Source: Dimargaris cristalligena (Eukaryota). Taken from it: 35,143 bases of DNA. This document shows positions 34,296 to 35,143 of the stretch, piece by piece. Numbering within the stretch: the first letter of the stretch is position 1; each line of letters opens with the position of its first letter. Made by a program: the position numbers and the translations under genes. The stretch lies in contig ML002382.1 of the NCBI GenBank assembly GCA_003614675.1, forward strand, positions 1-35,143. Reading direction: 5' to 3'. The notes beneath the pieces were generated by a model that ran no database searches, was not told the origin of the DNA, and saw only the letters and a list, made by a program, of their open reading frames with translations.

Positions 34296-34931
34296 CCATT
34301 TGATTTACTATTAGTTTTTCCCTAATACCCAGTACCATCTTATTCATATTACCACTTGTCCCAAGTATGGGACCATCTAATCTATCTTAATCTAGCCAGC
34401 TTAGGTGTCTGTCCCTATTAAGACTTATAGTACCATATTAGCTTTCCCATAGTTACCCCTAGTACCATGGGATTATCCCTTATCATATAACCCTTCCCCT
34501 TCCAGACTCTGCCTATTCACACTAATTATTCAAGTACTAATCTGTTATACTCTTCCAGTTACCATCAGAGTCTTCTAGATACTAGTAGCTATTCAATTAG
34601 CCTATTTACTTATCCTATAGCCTTAGTAGTATCCTTTCCCTAGGACCTCCCTTTAGAGTTATCCCTACATATATATAACTAGGTGCTATTAGGACTGGTT
34701 AGATTCCTTGGCTTATTCTTACCCCTGGTTTACCCCTAATAAACTCTATATATACTCACTCCCCTTATACTAACTAGTAAGTGTACTTACTGTATATCCA
34801 TTACATATATATTATCTCTAGCTTTTATTAGTTAGTATTATACCCTTGTACCTAATATTAGTGACTACTTAGCTGAGCTTAAGTCTAACCTACCATTAGA
34901 AGCCTATCCTTGGGACTCTTAATAAACTAAG
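34296..34931 (-). repeat. Degenerate dispersed repeat, copy B
   Basis: Reverse complement aligns with 27948-28904 minus the LTR. The CpG-depleted, TpA-rich composition extends from ~33850 to the window end. Confidence 0.85.
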
Positions 34932-35143
34932 TATAAAGAACTGAAATCAAATCCCTGAAAACTGAACTTTATTTGAAAAACTAGATAATAAGAAAGGAAA
35001 GGTAATGATAGACTTACTGTTCCAAGAGGTGGTGGCAAGGGGGAGTATTTATACTTAAAAGGGGAGGCCTAAATGAAAAGATAGATAAATAATAGAGAAA
35101 GGGAGAGAAGGTCCCAGAATATTGGATGACTAAGCAGAGGGAA

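Noticed and set aside
1-35143. CRISPR arrays, prokaryotic operons or defence systems
   Set aside because: The sequence is eukaryotic with spliceosomal introns, and no regularly spaced direct repeats were seen.

Overview
Eukaryotic (fungal) genomic DNA with GT-AG spliceosomal introns. Gene content suggests an early-diverging, non-Dikarya fungus; my guess is a zoopagomycete such as Dimargaris, which is inference only. The first ~27.5 kb is gene-dense housekeeping and signalling sequence: elongator tRNA-Met, a 3-exon 72-aa SCOC/Slo1-like coiled-coil gene missing from the ORF track, a TTC14-like TPR/RS gene interrupted by one in-frame TGA, a 4-exon adenylate cyclase (CYR1), a METTL21-like lysine methyltransferase, NIF3, TRAPPC2L, ERG25 and a Git3/cAMP-receptor-like GPCR. 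The last ~7.5 kb is gene-poor and repeat-rich. Two inverted, CpG-depleted copies of a decayed repeat differ largely by CpA/TpA (RIP-like) transitions, and one carries a solo LTR with an ATAT target duplication. They bracket one gene encoding signal peptide + FFAT-like motif + F-box-like motif. This candidate host-translocated effector, which could recruit host VAP and SCF, is the most striking item in the window. A 136-bp MITE-like element occurs three times. All exon structures were assembled by hand from splice signals and reading frame; no database searches were run.
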